Assembly (NCBI GenBank): GCA_013239625.1
Contig: MU053629.1
Location: 4,119,567 to 4,183,566 of the forward strand
From: Lama guanicoe
Taxonomy: Eukaryota
Length of the DNA stretch: 64,000 nt
Direction: 5' to 3'
The notes under the pieces were generated by a model. The model saw only the letters and a program-made list of their open reading frames with translations, was not told the origin of the DNA and made no database searches. This document shows positions 12,368-23,663 of this stretch, piece by piece (positions within the stretch are counted from its first letter, which is position 1; each line of letters begins with the position of its first letter). Position numbers and translations under genes: made by a program.

Positions 12368-15300
12368 TAACTGACCTTGACATCTCCCCCAGCCCTGAAA
12401 GCTGTAGGCATACAGTTGAGCAAAGTAGGTTGAATTTAAGGTCTTGGTCTGATGTGCCGAGTGTAAGGACAGCATCTTCTGCCACCTCTCTCCCCGTGAT
12501 TCTTGAGCCTCTGGAATGTTCCCAGAGGCTAGTATCAGAGTTCACCTCTAACTAGTCAGAATGGTGAGCTTATCCACTGGCCAGCGGAGGAGGTGATGTT
12601 CTTACAGGCTTCATCCCACCTTCTTCTCCACTGTATCCAGGGTATTAACCCCCCAGCCCCACCCCAGCTTCCAAAGCTTTTCAGTCTGCTTCCAAGATGC
12701 CTAATAAAAGATTATTTTTTTTTAATTTGCCAACACAAACCCTCAGTGCTGTCGGGCTTCCTCCCTCCCCACGTCTGCAGAGGCCATTCCTAAAGATGCC
12801 CTGAGAGCGCCTTTCATCAAATTGATCTGTCAGAATTCAGGGCCCAACCCAAACGTCGCCTCCTCCAGGAAGTGCTTCAGGAGCATCCAAGGGCTGGAAA
12901 TCTCCCTCATCTCTGAGCATCTGTTGTCTCCAACATCATCTAACCCGATTGCACAAGACTGGCATTTCTCAGAGACACACCTAGCCTCCTTCAAAATGGA
13001 GAACATTCTTTCTATATTTGGCTGTCTATCTATCAGTGCCTGGCTGGTGTCCAAGAGACAGGAAACACTGAAACAAAGAGTAAGCCAATTAATTCAGTTC
13101 AGCAAGTATTAATTTAGCACCTCTGTACATGGAAGCTGTGCAAGGAGCAACAGGGTAAGTCAAAGATAAGTAAGATGCCATCATGACAGTGCAGAATTTC
13201 AGAGTCAAAGTTGTCCGAGGCAATAGAAAGTCAGAATGCATAAGGATGGCCCTTGGAGTCACCAAGTCCAACCCCTCTCCTTCATAGATGGGGAACCACC
13301 GAAGAGAAGTGACTTGCCTAAGGTCACATAGCTTAATGGGTAGTTTTACGTGTATCTATTCACAGTGGAGGGTCCTAGACTTTCTTTCTTATTACCTGTG
13401 CAAGTTCAGAGACAATCTTTTTCTCCTTTGTCTCCCCCCCCCACTTTGAAGGCAAATGAAATATAATAGCTTCTGTTTCTGAAGAGAAGGGGCAAAGAAT
13501 AAAAATATCAGTTATGTAACAGTCATCTGCCTTAGTCACGCAGCCCTGCCAGCGCGCTGCTGGAACAGAAAGATGATTACGTTAAACACTGCATATTTAC
13601 TCCCCTGCGGTCACCCGGATTGGCTCTGCCACTGTAATTGATTTGACAGGTTATTTTTACTCTGAATGCGCTGGGTTCCTCTGCTGGCTTGCAGATTTGC
13701 TATTGTTCTCAAAGTCTGGTGTGGCCGTTGTCCAGATGCCCAGATGTGCCGATGTGGGCTGGTTTCCACTTGAGGATGGGAGGGGGGATCCCCAGCTTAA
13801 CCTGGGGAGAGCTGAGCTCCCAGTGTACAAGGGTGAGAGTGTTGGGAGGGCGTCCCTGGGGGGTAAAAAGGGTAGAGAAGCTCAGTGTAACTCTTCAAGG
13901 GATCAAAGAGAGGGATGTAGGAAAAAATGTAATGTGACATGAAACTGTGGTAAGGACTTTATCATGAGGGCAGAGGAGTGGGAGACAACTTTTGCCTATG
14001 GAGTCTTCCGGACTTTTTGTCTATTCCACGCAGCCACCTCTTCCCACCCTTGCAAACTGCTCCCCAGAATACATAGAATCAGCATTCTCTGGTGGCCCGC
14101 AGCCTGGCCGGCCACCTACACAACCATCTCCAACTTTGCACACGGCTCAGTGCCTGCCCCTGTGTGGGGACCGCGAGTAGAGAGAGCTGACAAGGGCTCG
14201 GAAACCCACAGGAGGTCTCCAGGGTGAGAGGGGACCCTCGAGGGAGCTGGCACCCTGCAGAGACACAGGCCGTGAATGAGGGCCATTTCAGCGACCATGG
14301 GTGACCTTGGATATTATCTACCCTTTGAGCCTCAGAGTCCTAATCATCTGTCACCATGGGGTGACTAACCAGAGCCTGTCCCATCCCTCACTAGTGTGTG
14401 ATGAGAGTCATCGCAAGTGATCATTAATTACTGAGCAGGTACAGCATGCTGAGCTTTGGACCAGCCTCCCCCTGCCCAGCTACAGGCCCCCTTTACAGTG
14501 TGACGGAGCAGGTGCTAACTGTGAATGCTACTCCTTGTAGATAAGGGAACCGAGGTGCAGAGAAGTTAAATGCCTCTTTTATGGGCACACAGCTCATAAG
14601 CGGTAGAACTCGGGCAGGCTGACCCCAGCACTTGTCTCTTAAACTCTGTGGGACTCCCTTCACTATTCCATGCCAGAAAAAAATTTTTTTTTGAATTTAC
14701 AAGTGCTGAGGGGCATAGTAGTGTGAGAATGTTACCGTATCCAGGAGAGCATCATGTGGTGGAAAGAACGTGGAGAAAGTACAGCCCCACCACTTGCTGG
14801 TTTTCTAGCAACTTCTGGGGCATCTCTCCTTCTCTTCTGTAAAACGGGAATGACAGTGCTCACCTCGCTCGGCTGTTCTCAGAAGTGGAGGACAGCCCGC
14901 AGAAGGCACCTAGCACCGTGCCTGCTAGACAGTGAGCACCCGATACACGGCAGCTCATTCCCTCCCTTCTGCTTAATCCAAAAGCTGACCCAACAGCACA
15001 CCCACTTCCCAAAGCTCTCCTGGAACAGGGCATTTCCTCTGTGCATTTAACTTTGAACAAGCGCCGGGCGTTTGACTCCCCCAGAGCAGGAACCCAGTGG
15101 TGGCAGTGGCCTCACCGAGCCAGCTCCGCAGCCCGCGGGGGTCCGAGCCAGGTCCGAGCCCTCCATCCCTCTGGCATCCAGGCTGCCGGGGAGGAGGCCC
15201 ACGCTGCAGCAGGCCGAGGAAGTGAGGTCACAGCCTCTGACAGCAATTCGGAAGTTGGGAGAGGCCCCACCAGCCCCTGCCAGTTGCGGGGCCTTTCACG

Positions 15301-15786
15301 AAACAGTTGCTTCTTGGTTGGGCTGGAATTTCAGGCAGGAATGTTCAGCGGCCCGGCAGTGGGGCAAGTGCAAATTCCCCAGGCTCAGGCAACGTTTTGC
15401 AGAGGATTTATTCCCCCCTGTCAGTCTCCAGCCTGGAGCAAGGCTTTCCCGGGAGTGGGTGGCCCCTCTCAGATTGGGGCAGGGTCCCGGTGGCCTGAGA
15501 AGCAACTTCTTCCAGGGTCCAGGGCAAGTAGGAGGCACACCTCGTGGGTGCCAGGCACTTCACACAGATGTGACCACGTCATGGTTCCAGCTGGATTCAA
15601 CACGCACACAGAAATCAGCTTCACTTTTTTCCCCTCTGTCCTTTTTAGACTGTTCTGTTTCTTCCCATCCTTAAAAATCCCAGGCAGGTCTTGGAGCTTT
15701 TCTGGGCCATTGTTTTTCCCTTCAAAACTGTTTCATTTCAGTAAATAGAAAATCTGCTGTGGTTTAATATCAAAACTCTGAGCTCT

Positions 15787-16456
15787 GGTTCCTCAAAAAA
15801 ACTAAAAACAAAAGATAACATATGACCCAGCAATTCCACTGCTGGGTGTGCATCTGAAAAAAGGGAAAACCCTTATCTGAAAAGCCACATGCACCCCAAC
15901 GTTCACAGCAGCACTGTTTACAATAGCCAAGACACGGAAGCGACCCAAATGTCCATCGACAGATGACTGGAGAAAGAAGGTGTGGCATATATATATATAT
16001 ATATCACCCAGCCATAAGAAAGAATGAAATAATGCCATTTGCAACAATGTGGATGGACCATAACAGGACTATTATGCTTAGTGAAATAAGTCAGACAGTG
16101 AAAGACATATTCTGTGTTATCACTTATAGGTGGAATCTAAAAAATGCAACAAAGGAATGTATGTAACCAAACAGAAACAGACTCACAGATACAGAGAATA
16201 AACTAGTGGCTACCAGTGGGGAGGGGAAGGGGGAGGGGCAAGAAGGGGGGATTAAGAGGTACAAACTACTATGTATAAAATTAATAAGCCACAAGGATGT
16301 ACTGCACAGCACAGGGAATATGGCCATTACTTTGTAGTAATTTTAAATGGAATATAATCTATGTGAATATTGAATCACTGTGCTGTACATCTGAAAACAA
16401 TATCATATTATAAATCAACTATACCTCAATTAAAAAAACAGACCAACCAACAAACA
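15787..16456 (+). mobile_element. 5'-truncated LINE-1 (ORF2 tail plus 3' UTR)
   Basis: atatgacccagcaattccact...gcagcactgtttacaatagccaagac...atgccatttgcaacaa; A-rich tail; TSD aaaactctgagctct (15772-15786) / aaaattctaagccct (16457-16471), 12/15. Confidence 0.93.
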
Positions 16457-17299
16457 AAAATTCTAAGCCCTGATCTAATTAAGGCTTTCCCCCTCCTGTA
16501 GCTCAGCCCCGCTCTAAAATTCTGCCACTACTTGGCTGTCTTCTCACCACCTCGGCCCCGCTGGCTGCTGCTTTGGCCTCTGCAGGGCGGGCACCAGGGT
16601 GGAGGAGAGGTGAGGGGCAGGAAAGATCACTGATGACTGGTGTGGTGGCATCCTGGCATTGCGTCGCCTCTGGTGGTACCCTGCTGTGGGCACGCCTCTC
16701 TTTCCTCTGCTACCTGTGCCTCCCCCTCTGAAGCCCTGGGCTTACAGCAGACCACTTCTCTGTTAGACCCCTTCTCCCTTTGCAGTGTCATCTGTAGTGA
16801 AATCCAGTTGAAGAGGTCCCAGTCCAGCTGCCCTTGACCCAGTAGGATGCTCCCTCCCAGCTCCCCTCCTCCCTGCTCCAACCTGTCCAACCAGCTTCTT
16901 ACCTTTAGATTTCCCAGGCCGGTGTCAGACGTCAGTCCCTGTGTCTCCCAAACTCCGGGGTCACATATCAGTTTCTCCAAGTGCCCTCCCGAAGTCCCTC
17001 CTCCCTTTCTCACAACTGTTCTCTTCCCATTCCACTCTTTGATACCCTGGAGGTGCTGGCAGAATGTTCCACAATCTCTTAGCTTGCTGCACACAGATGG
17101 CCCAGGCTCTTGCTTCATGCTGTGGGGGTTCTTGGCACACATCGTGTTATTTCAGGCCTTTGGGGTGACGGCTGAGATAAAGACAGCAAATGCCCCACTG
17201 CAGCATCTTGTTAGGAGAGTTCCCCAGTGTAATGATCGTGATGGGGGCATGCCTGTTTCTTGAGTACACTCTGCCAGCCAGTAGGTTAAGCAGCTTAGA

Positions 17300-17435
17300 T
17301 GCATTATTTCATAGCCATCCCCATTTGACAAAGGGAGGAATTGAGACTCAGAGAGATTAAGTGACTATCCCCAAGGTCACAGAGCTGATCGATACTGGAG
17401 TTAGGACTTGAACCTGGACTCCTAGACCCAAGTCC
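17300..17435 (-). mobile_element. MIR SINE
   Basis: ccccatttgac...gaggaattgagactcagagagattaagtgact...ccaaggtcacagagct. Confidence 0.85.
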
Positions 17436-18439
17436 GCAGTGGGTTCCTCTCCCCTCTGCCCTGCCCTGACCTGAATTCTCTGCTCTAGTTACTTTCTGTC
17501 TTCTAAGCACATCCTGGAACGATCCCTGCCCCAGTCATATTCTTAAAGTCCAATGAAAGGCCCACCTTCTCCTTGAAGCAGTTTCAGGCGATTTCTCCCT
17601 CCCTACAGAAGAAACACTTCGGAATGTTTTACTTACCCTAAACTTAGCAATTTTCATTCCTGTACGCATCTTTTTCTTTCGTTAAGTTTTTAATCAACGC
17701 ACCACTTGCATCAAGTGCCCTGACGAATTTTACAGGTAAATATGCCCGTGTCATCGCTACTTGGAGGGAGGAACCCTAGAAGCCTCCGCGTGCCCCTTCA
17801 CAGTCGGCACCTCCCAAAGCACTGCTAGTCTGACCTCGATCACAGAGGCTCATTTTGCTGACTTTCAATCTGCATGTGAATAACATACACTATATCCTCT
17901 GTTGTACCTGGTTTATTTCACCTGTAAGGTTCACCCATAAGATTGTTACGTGTAGCAGTCTTTTTTTTTTTTTACTATTGTGTAGTATTTCATCGTGTGA
18001 ATAGACCATAGTTTATCCATTCTACTGATGGTGGACATTCAGTTGATTTCCACTTTGAGGCTACTATGAATATATAACGTTCTTGTACATGACTTTTGAT
18101 GGCCCTAGGCATTCACTTCTGTTGGACATCGAGCCAGGGATAGAATTTCTGGGGGATGTTTACAGTCATTCAGGAGCAATATTGTCACAGTTTTCCAAAG
18201 TAGGTGCATCCATTTGCATTCCCACCAGTGACGTTATGAGGGCTCTGGGTGAGCCGCATCCTTGGTAATGCTTGGTGCTGTCAGTGTTCGACATGGAAGC
18301 CATCCTAATGGGCGTGCAGTGGTATCGTATTATGTTTTAATTTGCATTTTCCTAGTAATTAATGTTGAACCCCTTTTTACACATCTAGGTGGCCTTTGGA
18401 TAGCCTCTTTTACAGAGTGCCCGTTCAAGTCAGATTTTA

Positions 18440-18993
18440 AGAAATTCTTTTCCGTTATATGTTATTACAAGATATTGAATATAATTCCCTGCGCTGTACA
18501 GTAGGACCTTATTGTTTATCTGTTTTGTATATGCTAGTTTGTATCTGCTAATCCCAAACTCCTAATTTAATCCTCCCCTCAACTCTTTCCCCTTTGGTAA
18601 CCGTAAGTTTGTCTTCTATGTCTGTGAGTCTGTTTCTGATTTGTAGATAAGTCCACTTGTATCATATTTTAGAGTCCACGTGTAGGTGATAGCAGATGAT
18701 ATTTGTCTTTCTGTCTGACTCATTTCACTTAGTATGATCATCCTCAGGTCTATTCATGTTGCTGCAAATGGCATTACTTCATTCTTTTAATGGTTGCATA
18801 ATATTTCATTGTGTACACATGTGTATGTACACCACATCTTCTTTATCCAGTCATGGGTCAGTGGACATTTAGGTTGCTTCCACGTCTTGGCTATTGTATA
18901 CAGAGCTGTTGTGAACACTGGGGGCAGGTGTCTTTTTGAATTGGAATTTTCTCTAGATATATGCCCAGGAGTGGGATTGCTAGATCTTATGGT
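18440..18993 (-). mobile_element. LINE-1 3' end nested in the older L1
   Basis: ORF track 18787..19053 gives [29 protein letters not shown] (L1 ORF2 C-terminus); flanked by similar aagtcagattttaa / aagttagatttttaa. Confidence 0.9.
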
Positions 18994-19065
18994 AAAAGTT
19001 AGATTTTTAAAATAATTGAATTGTCTTTTTCTCATTAATTTGTAGCAACTCATTATGAATTTTGG

Positions 19066-19129
19066 ATGTGATCCTTAGATACACGTGTTACAAATATATG
19101 TGATCCTTAGATACACGTGTTACAAATAT
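19066..19129. repeat. Perfect 32-bp tandem duplication (ATGTGATCCTTAGATACACGTGTTACAAATAT x2)
   Basis: Read directly from the sequence. Confidence 0.95.
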
Positions 19130-19237
19130 CTTTTCCTACTCTCTGTGTTGCTTTTTCAATTGTATTGCTTGTTTGTTTCTCATCATTGACTTTTCATGCA
19201 GCTCTTAATTTTAAAGAAGTCCGACTTCTCAACTTTT

Positions 19238-19616
19238 TTAAAAACATATTTTTATTGAAGTACAGTCAGTTTACAATATTGTGTCAATTTCTGGTGCACA
19301 GCACAATGCTTCAGTCACATAGGAACATATATACATTCGTTCTTATATTCTTTTTCATCATAAGTTACTACAAGATATTGACTATGGTTCCCTGTGCTGT
19401 ACAGTATCAACTTGTTGTTTGTCTATTTTATGTATATTAGTATCCACAAATCTCGAACTCCCAGTTTATCTCTCCCCCTGTAACCATAAGTTTGTTTTCT
19501 ATGTCTGTGAGTCTTTCTCTGTTTTGTAAATAAGTTCGTATGTCATTTGTTTTGTTTTGTTTTTGATTCCCCATATAAGTGATATCATGTGATGTTTTTC
19601 TATCTCTTTCTGGCTT
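19238..19616 (-). mobile_element. Lineage-specific LINE-1 3' UTR
   Basis: ttattgaagtacagtcagtttacaat...tacaagatattga...ccctgtgct; homologous to the copies at about 20.7 kb, 27.5 kb and 32.2 kb. Confidence 0.88.
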
Positions 19617-19632
19617 CAATTTATCAACTTTT

Positions 19633-19770
19633 GCGGGGAGGAGATAGCTTAGTGGTAGAGTGCCTGCCTAGGATGCAGAAGGTTCTGGGTTCAATCCCCA
19701 GGACCTCCATTTAAGAAATAAGCAAATAGACAAACCTATTTACCTCCTCCCCTAAAAAAATTTTTTTTTA
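19633..19770 (+). mobile_element. tRNA-derived SINE (camelid Vic-1-like)
   Basis: A-box tagcttagtgg, B-box ggttcaatcc, AT-rich tail; TSD aatttatcaactttt (19618-19632) / aatttatcggctttt (19771-19785). Confidence 0.85.
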
Positions 19771-20694
19771 AATTTATCGGCTTTTTAATGGTTTGTGTTT
19801 TTTGTTGCCTAAGAAGTGTTCGCCTGCCCCCAGGTCGGGAAGATACTCTGTGTTTTCCTCTCAAGCCTTGTTATTTCCTATGCACGTCTTCATACTCTAA
19901 CTGCATGTATAAGTATCATAAGCATATATGATATTGTTTGTGTGTTTTTAGATTTTATGCAAATAATATATAATGACATATCAATAACACAGTAACACAA
20001 TAATATTCTGCAACTTGCTTTCTGCACTCCGTAATACATTTATGAGATTCATCCTGGTTGGTATGTGTAGCTTTCACTCATTCCCTTTCACTGGAGCAGA
20101 GTTAATTACACTGCATACATATCACGCCATCTGTTTACCCTTTCTTCTGCTGATGGACGTTTGGGTGCCTCCAACGTTTATCATCACAAATAATGCTTCT
20201 GTGAATCCGCGTGCAGGTGCCTCCTTGTGTGAGAGCGTCTGTGCGGCGCATACCTTACAGGTGAGGCTGTGGTTTTAGAGCTGGAGAAACTCTGCACATG
20301 GGGGAGGTGCCTCAGGGCTGCTGAGAAGCAGAACCTGGGAGAGAGATGGGTGGGTGGAGGCGGAGGGTGTGCCGGGTAGACCGGGCTCTGGGCCCCCACC
20401 TTTTTCAGCCAGAACAGATTTGCTTTCATGCGTTTGGACCTGGGGTCCTGTTTAACTCTTTATTTGAAAAATGGATTCTGCTTAAAAAAAGAAAACCCTA
20501 TGATAACAAGTCACGGAGTCGAGGCCTAGTTCACCAGGTGTCACACGTGCCATTGGACTGTGTCAGCTGTGAGGAGGTGAGTGGTCCCCCCGCAGCCCAA
20601 GCCAGTCTGCTTCTCATCACCGCTTTGCTCTGCATTGTTCCTTCACTCTTCACGGACAGTCCTCCTTTTCCTTCTCTCCAGCCAGACTCATTTT

Positions 20695-21808
20695 AGAAAA
20701 ATTGTTTGAATTGAAGTATGGTCAGTTACAATGTGTCCATTTCTGGTGTACAGCACAATGTCCCAGCCATGTCTATACATACACTTATTCATTTTCATAT
20801 TCTTTTTCATCAAAGGTTATTACAAGATATTGAATATAGTTCCCTGTGCTACACAGAAGAAATTTGTTTTTTATCTACTTTTATATATAGTGGTTAACCT
20901 TTGCAAATCACAAACTCCCAAAGTTATCTCTTCGCACCCCCTTTCCCCCGGTAATCATAAAATTGTTTGCTATGTCTGCAAGTCTGTTTCTGTTTTGTAG
21001 ATGAGTTCATTAGTGTCCCCTTTTTCCTTTTCTTTTATTATTATTATTTTTTAGATTCTATATATGAGTGATATCATATGGTATTTTTCTTTCTCTTTCT
21101 GGCCCACTTAGAATGATGATCTCTATGTCCATCCATGTGGCTGCAAATGACATTATGTTATTCTCTTTATGGCTGAGTAGTATTCCATTGTATAAATATA
21201 CCACATCTTCTTTATCTAGTCATCTGTTGGTGGACATTTAGGTTGCTTCCATGTTTTGGCTATTGTATGTAGTGCTGCTATGAACATTGGGGTGCATGTA
21301 TCTTTTTGCATTAGAGTTCCCTCCAGATAGATGCCCAGGAGTGGGATTGCTGGATCATATGGTAAGTCTATTCCTAGTCTTTTGAGGAATGTCCCCACTG
21401 TTTTCCACAATGGCTGCACCAAACTGCATTCCCACCAGCAGTGTAGGAGGGTTCCCCTTTCTCCACAGCCTCTCCAGCATTTATCATTTGTGGACTTTTG
21501 AATGATGACCATTCTGACTGGTGTGAGGTGATACCTCATTGGAGTTTTGATTTGCATTTCTCTGATATTTAGTGATATTGAGCATTTTTTCATGTGCTTT
21601 TTGATCATTTGTATGTCTTCTTTGGAGAATTGCTTGTTTAGGCCTTCTGCCCATTTTTGGATTGGGTGTTTTTTTTTTATTATTAAGTTGCATCTGTTTA
21701 TATATTCTGGAAATTAAACCTTTGTCAGTCACATCATTTGCAAATATTTTCTCTCATTCTGTAGATGGTCGTTTTGTTTTACTTATGGATTCCTTTGCTG
21801 TGGAAAAG
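20695..21808 (-). mobile_element. 5'-truncated young LINE-1 with disrupted ORF2 C-terminus
   Basis: ORF 21216..21608 encodes [11 protein letters not shown]...[18 protein letters not shown] (L1 ORF2 CCHC motif)...[12 protein letters not shown]...TWKQPKCP, with a premature stop and an upstream frameshift; TSD-like cagactcatttt (20683-20694) / cagactctttat (21809-21820). Confidence 0.95.
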
Positions 21809-23405
21809 CAGACTCTTTATTTCTGTATCCTCAGGGTCCAGCCCAATGAGCATTTTTGATGGATTGCTCGATGGGTAAATTTTTAAATAACTTGCCTGTA
21901 GTCATCCCATATTTATATTGTTTGCAGTTGACAAACAAACACTTTTCTATCTATCTTTCCCTTCAAACCAGATGAGTCGGAGCTTTCAGAAGTACACAGT
22001 GGAGGAATGACTATTCCTACTTCACAGACTTGAACACCGAGGCTCAGGGAGGTGATGAGACTGGAGGTCACATGATTGATAGGCAGCTGATTCAGGACTT
22101 GGACTCAGGCTTTTGAATCCTGGCTTTGGGCCCATTCCACTGACTCGTGTGGCCTGAAAACACGGCTGTAATCCAGACATCAATTAATAAGTAACCTGTG
22201 TATTGCCCTCTGTGGCTTAAAATGCTTTCTCTTACACGGGTCTCTTAATCCCCACAACTTTCTGTGGGGTGGATGCTAACCCACCTCTTTTCAAGGAGGG
22301 AGATACTCACTCGAGCTCAGAGGGTGGAGGTGTTCCCCCCAAGGCCACACATTCTGGAGTGACTGAACTGCACTCAGTGTCCAGCCCCAGCTGCCCGGCC
22401 CACTCTGCTCCTTCCCTCACAAAGCTTTATTCCCCGGTGCTGGGCCGGAGGCATCTGGGGACAGGCCGGCGTCTCAGCAGTCCTCCTGCAGCCTGGAGGC
22501 CTCACCCTGCCTGGCAGGCCCAGGAAATGGGGCTGGCTCTGAGCTGCAGAGCTGCCCCTCCCATGAGGCCTGGGGTTGTTTTTCTTATCTAAATAAACTC
22601 TGCGCAAACAGGCCACATTACTCACCAGTAAGTTATTTGCGATAGCACAGCCCAGAGATGGGGAAGTTAGTTCACACTCAGCTGTGTCTTAACCTGGTGA
22701 AATGAATGGCGAAGAGGAGTCTGAGACCCAGGTCGGCGAAATCCAAAACCTACTTCTTTTGAGTTACACCCACCCTCCATCTCAAGCTTGGGGAACGCTT
22801 TGCCCCCCGTCCTCTGCCCAGTGGGCCCCACCGGAGGGCAGGCAGAACCCATCTGTGCCCCGGGAAGAGGGCCACTGAGCTCCAAGGGCCGGGGACTCTG
22901 TCTCCCGTGGCCTCCACCCCTTCCTACCGGCTCTCTTAAGGGGAGAGGGAGACACACTCCTGGGGGAGGGAAGCTCTGCTTTATTCTCAGGCCTTTTGTA
23001 AAGTGGGCGCTGGAATCAACACCTGCTTCACGTTCCCCACATTGACCTAAATTTCCTCCACTTCCGGAGTGGCTCTTTCACATGGAGTCCCTGAGACCAG
23101 GGGAGGGGCTTACGGAGCTATTATGTTAATGAGGATGTGCATAACTTAGCTCATTGCCTTGTTACTGTCCCCGGAGCTCAGGTGTGTGGTGGGAAATAGA
23201 CAGGATGCTGAAAGCGATTTACCTTGGTCCACCACCACGGAGCTTTTCAAGGCATTCATGTCTACTCCCTCAGGTGTGTGTGTTACCTCATAGGTGAGGG
23301 CCTGACTCTCAGAGAAGCTCTATTGGGTTCGAGGTAACAAGAGGGACTCAGTTGTGAACCATGGACAGTGGGGTTTGCATTTGCAAAGAACTCTTGGACA
23401 TAGAT

Positions 23406-23663
23406 TTTTTTTAAAATTGACATGTAGTTGATTGACAGTGTTAGTTTCAGGTGCACAGCAAAGTGATTCAGCTACACATAGACGTACCTATATATATTTT
23501 CCTTCCAGATTCTTTTCCATTATATGTTATGACAAGAAATTGAATATAGGTCCTTGTTGTTTATTTGATTTATAGTAATGTGTGTCTGCTAACCCCCAAC
23601 CCTTCATTTACCCCTCCCCACCCTTTTCCCTTTGGAAAGTGGTTTATTTTCTATGTCTGTGAA
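23406..23663 (-). mobile_element. Short LINE-1 3' UTR insertion
   Basis: Poly-T start, tcaggtgcacagcaaagtgattcag; TSD ttggacatagat (23394-23405) / ttggacataagat (23664-23676). Confidence 0.85.

Larger units (their letters stand above)
17670..20260 (-). mobile_element. Old L1M-type LINE-1 remnant hosting younger nested insertions
   Basis: Degenerate L1 3' sequence (tttatccattctactgatggtggacatt; catttgcattcccaccag; ttttaatttgcattttccta) interrupted by the elements listed next. Confidence 0.75.

Noticed and set aside
15041..15748. 235-aa plus-strand ORF with an overlapping 200-aa ORF
   Set aside because: Non-ATG starts, no recognisable domain, GC-rich patch; likely chance.
21216..21732. 130-aa and 82-aa ORFs with convincing protein-like sequence
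   Set aside because: Truncated, frameshifted L1 ORF2 remnant rather than a host gene.
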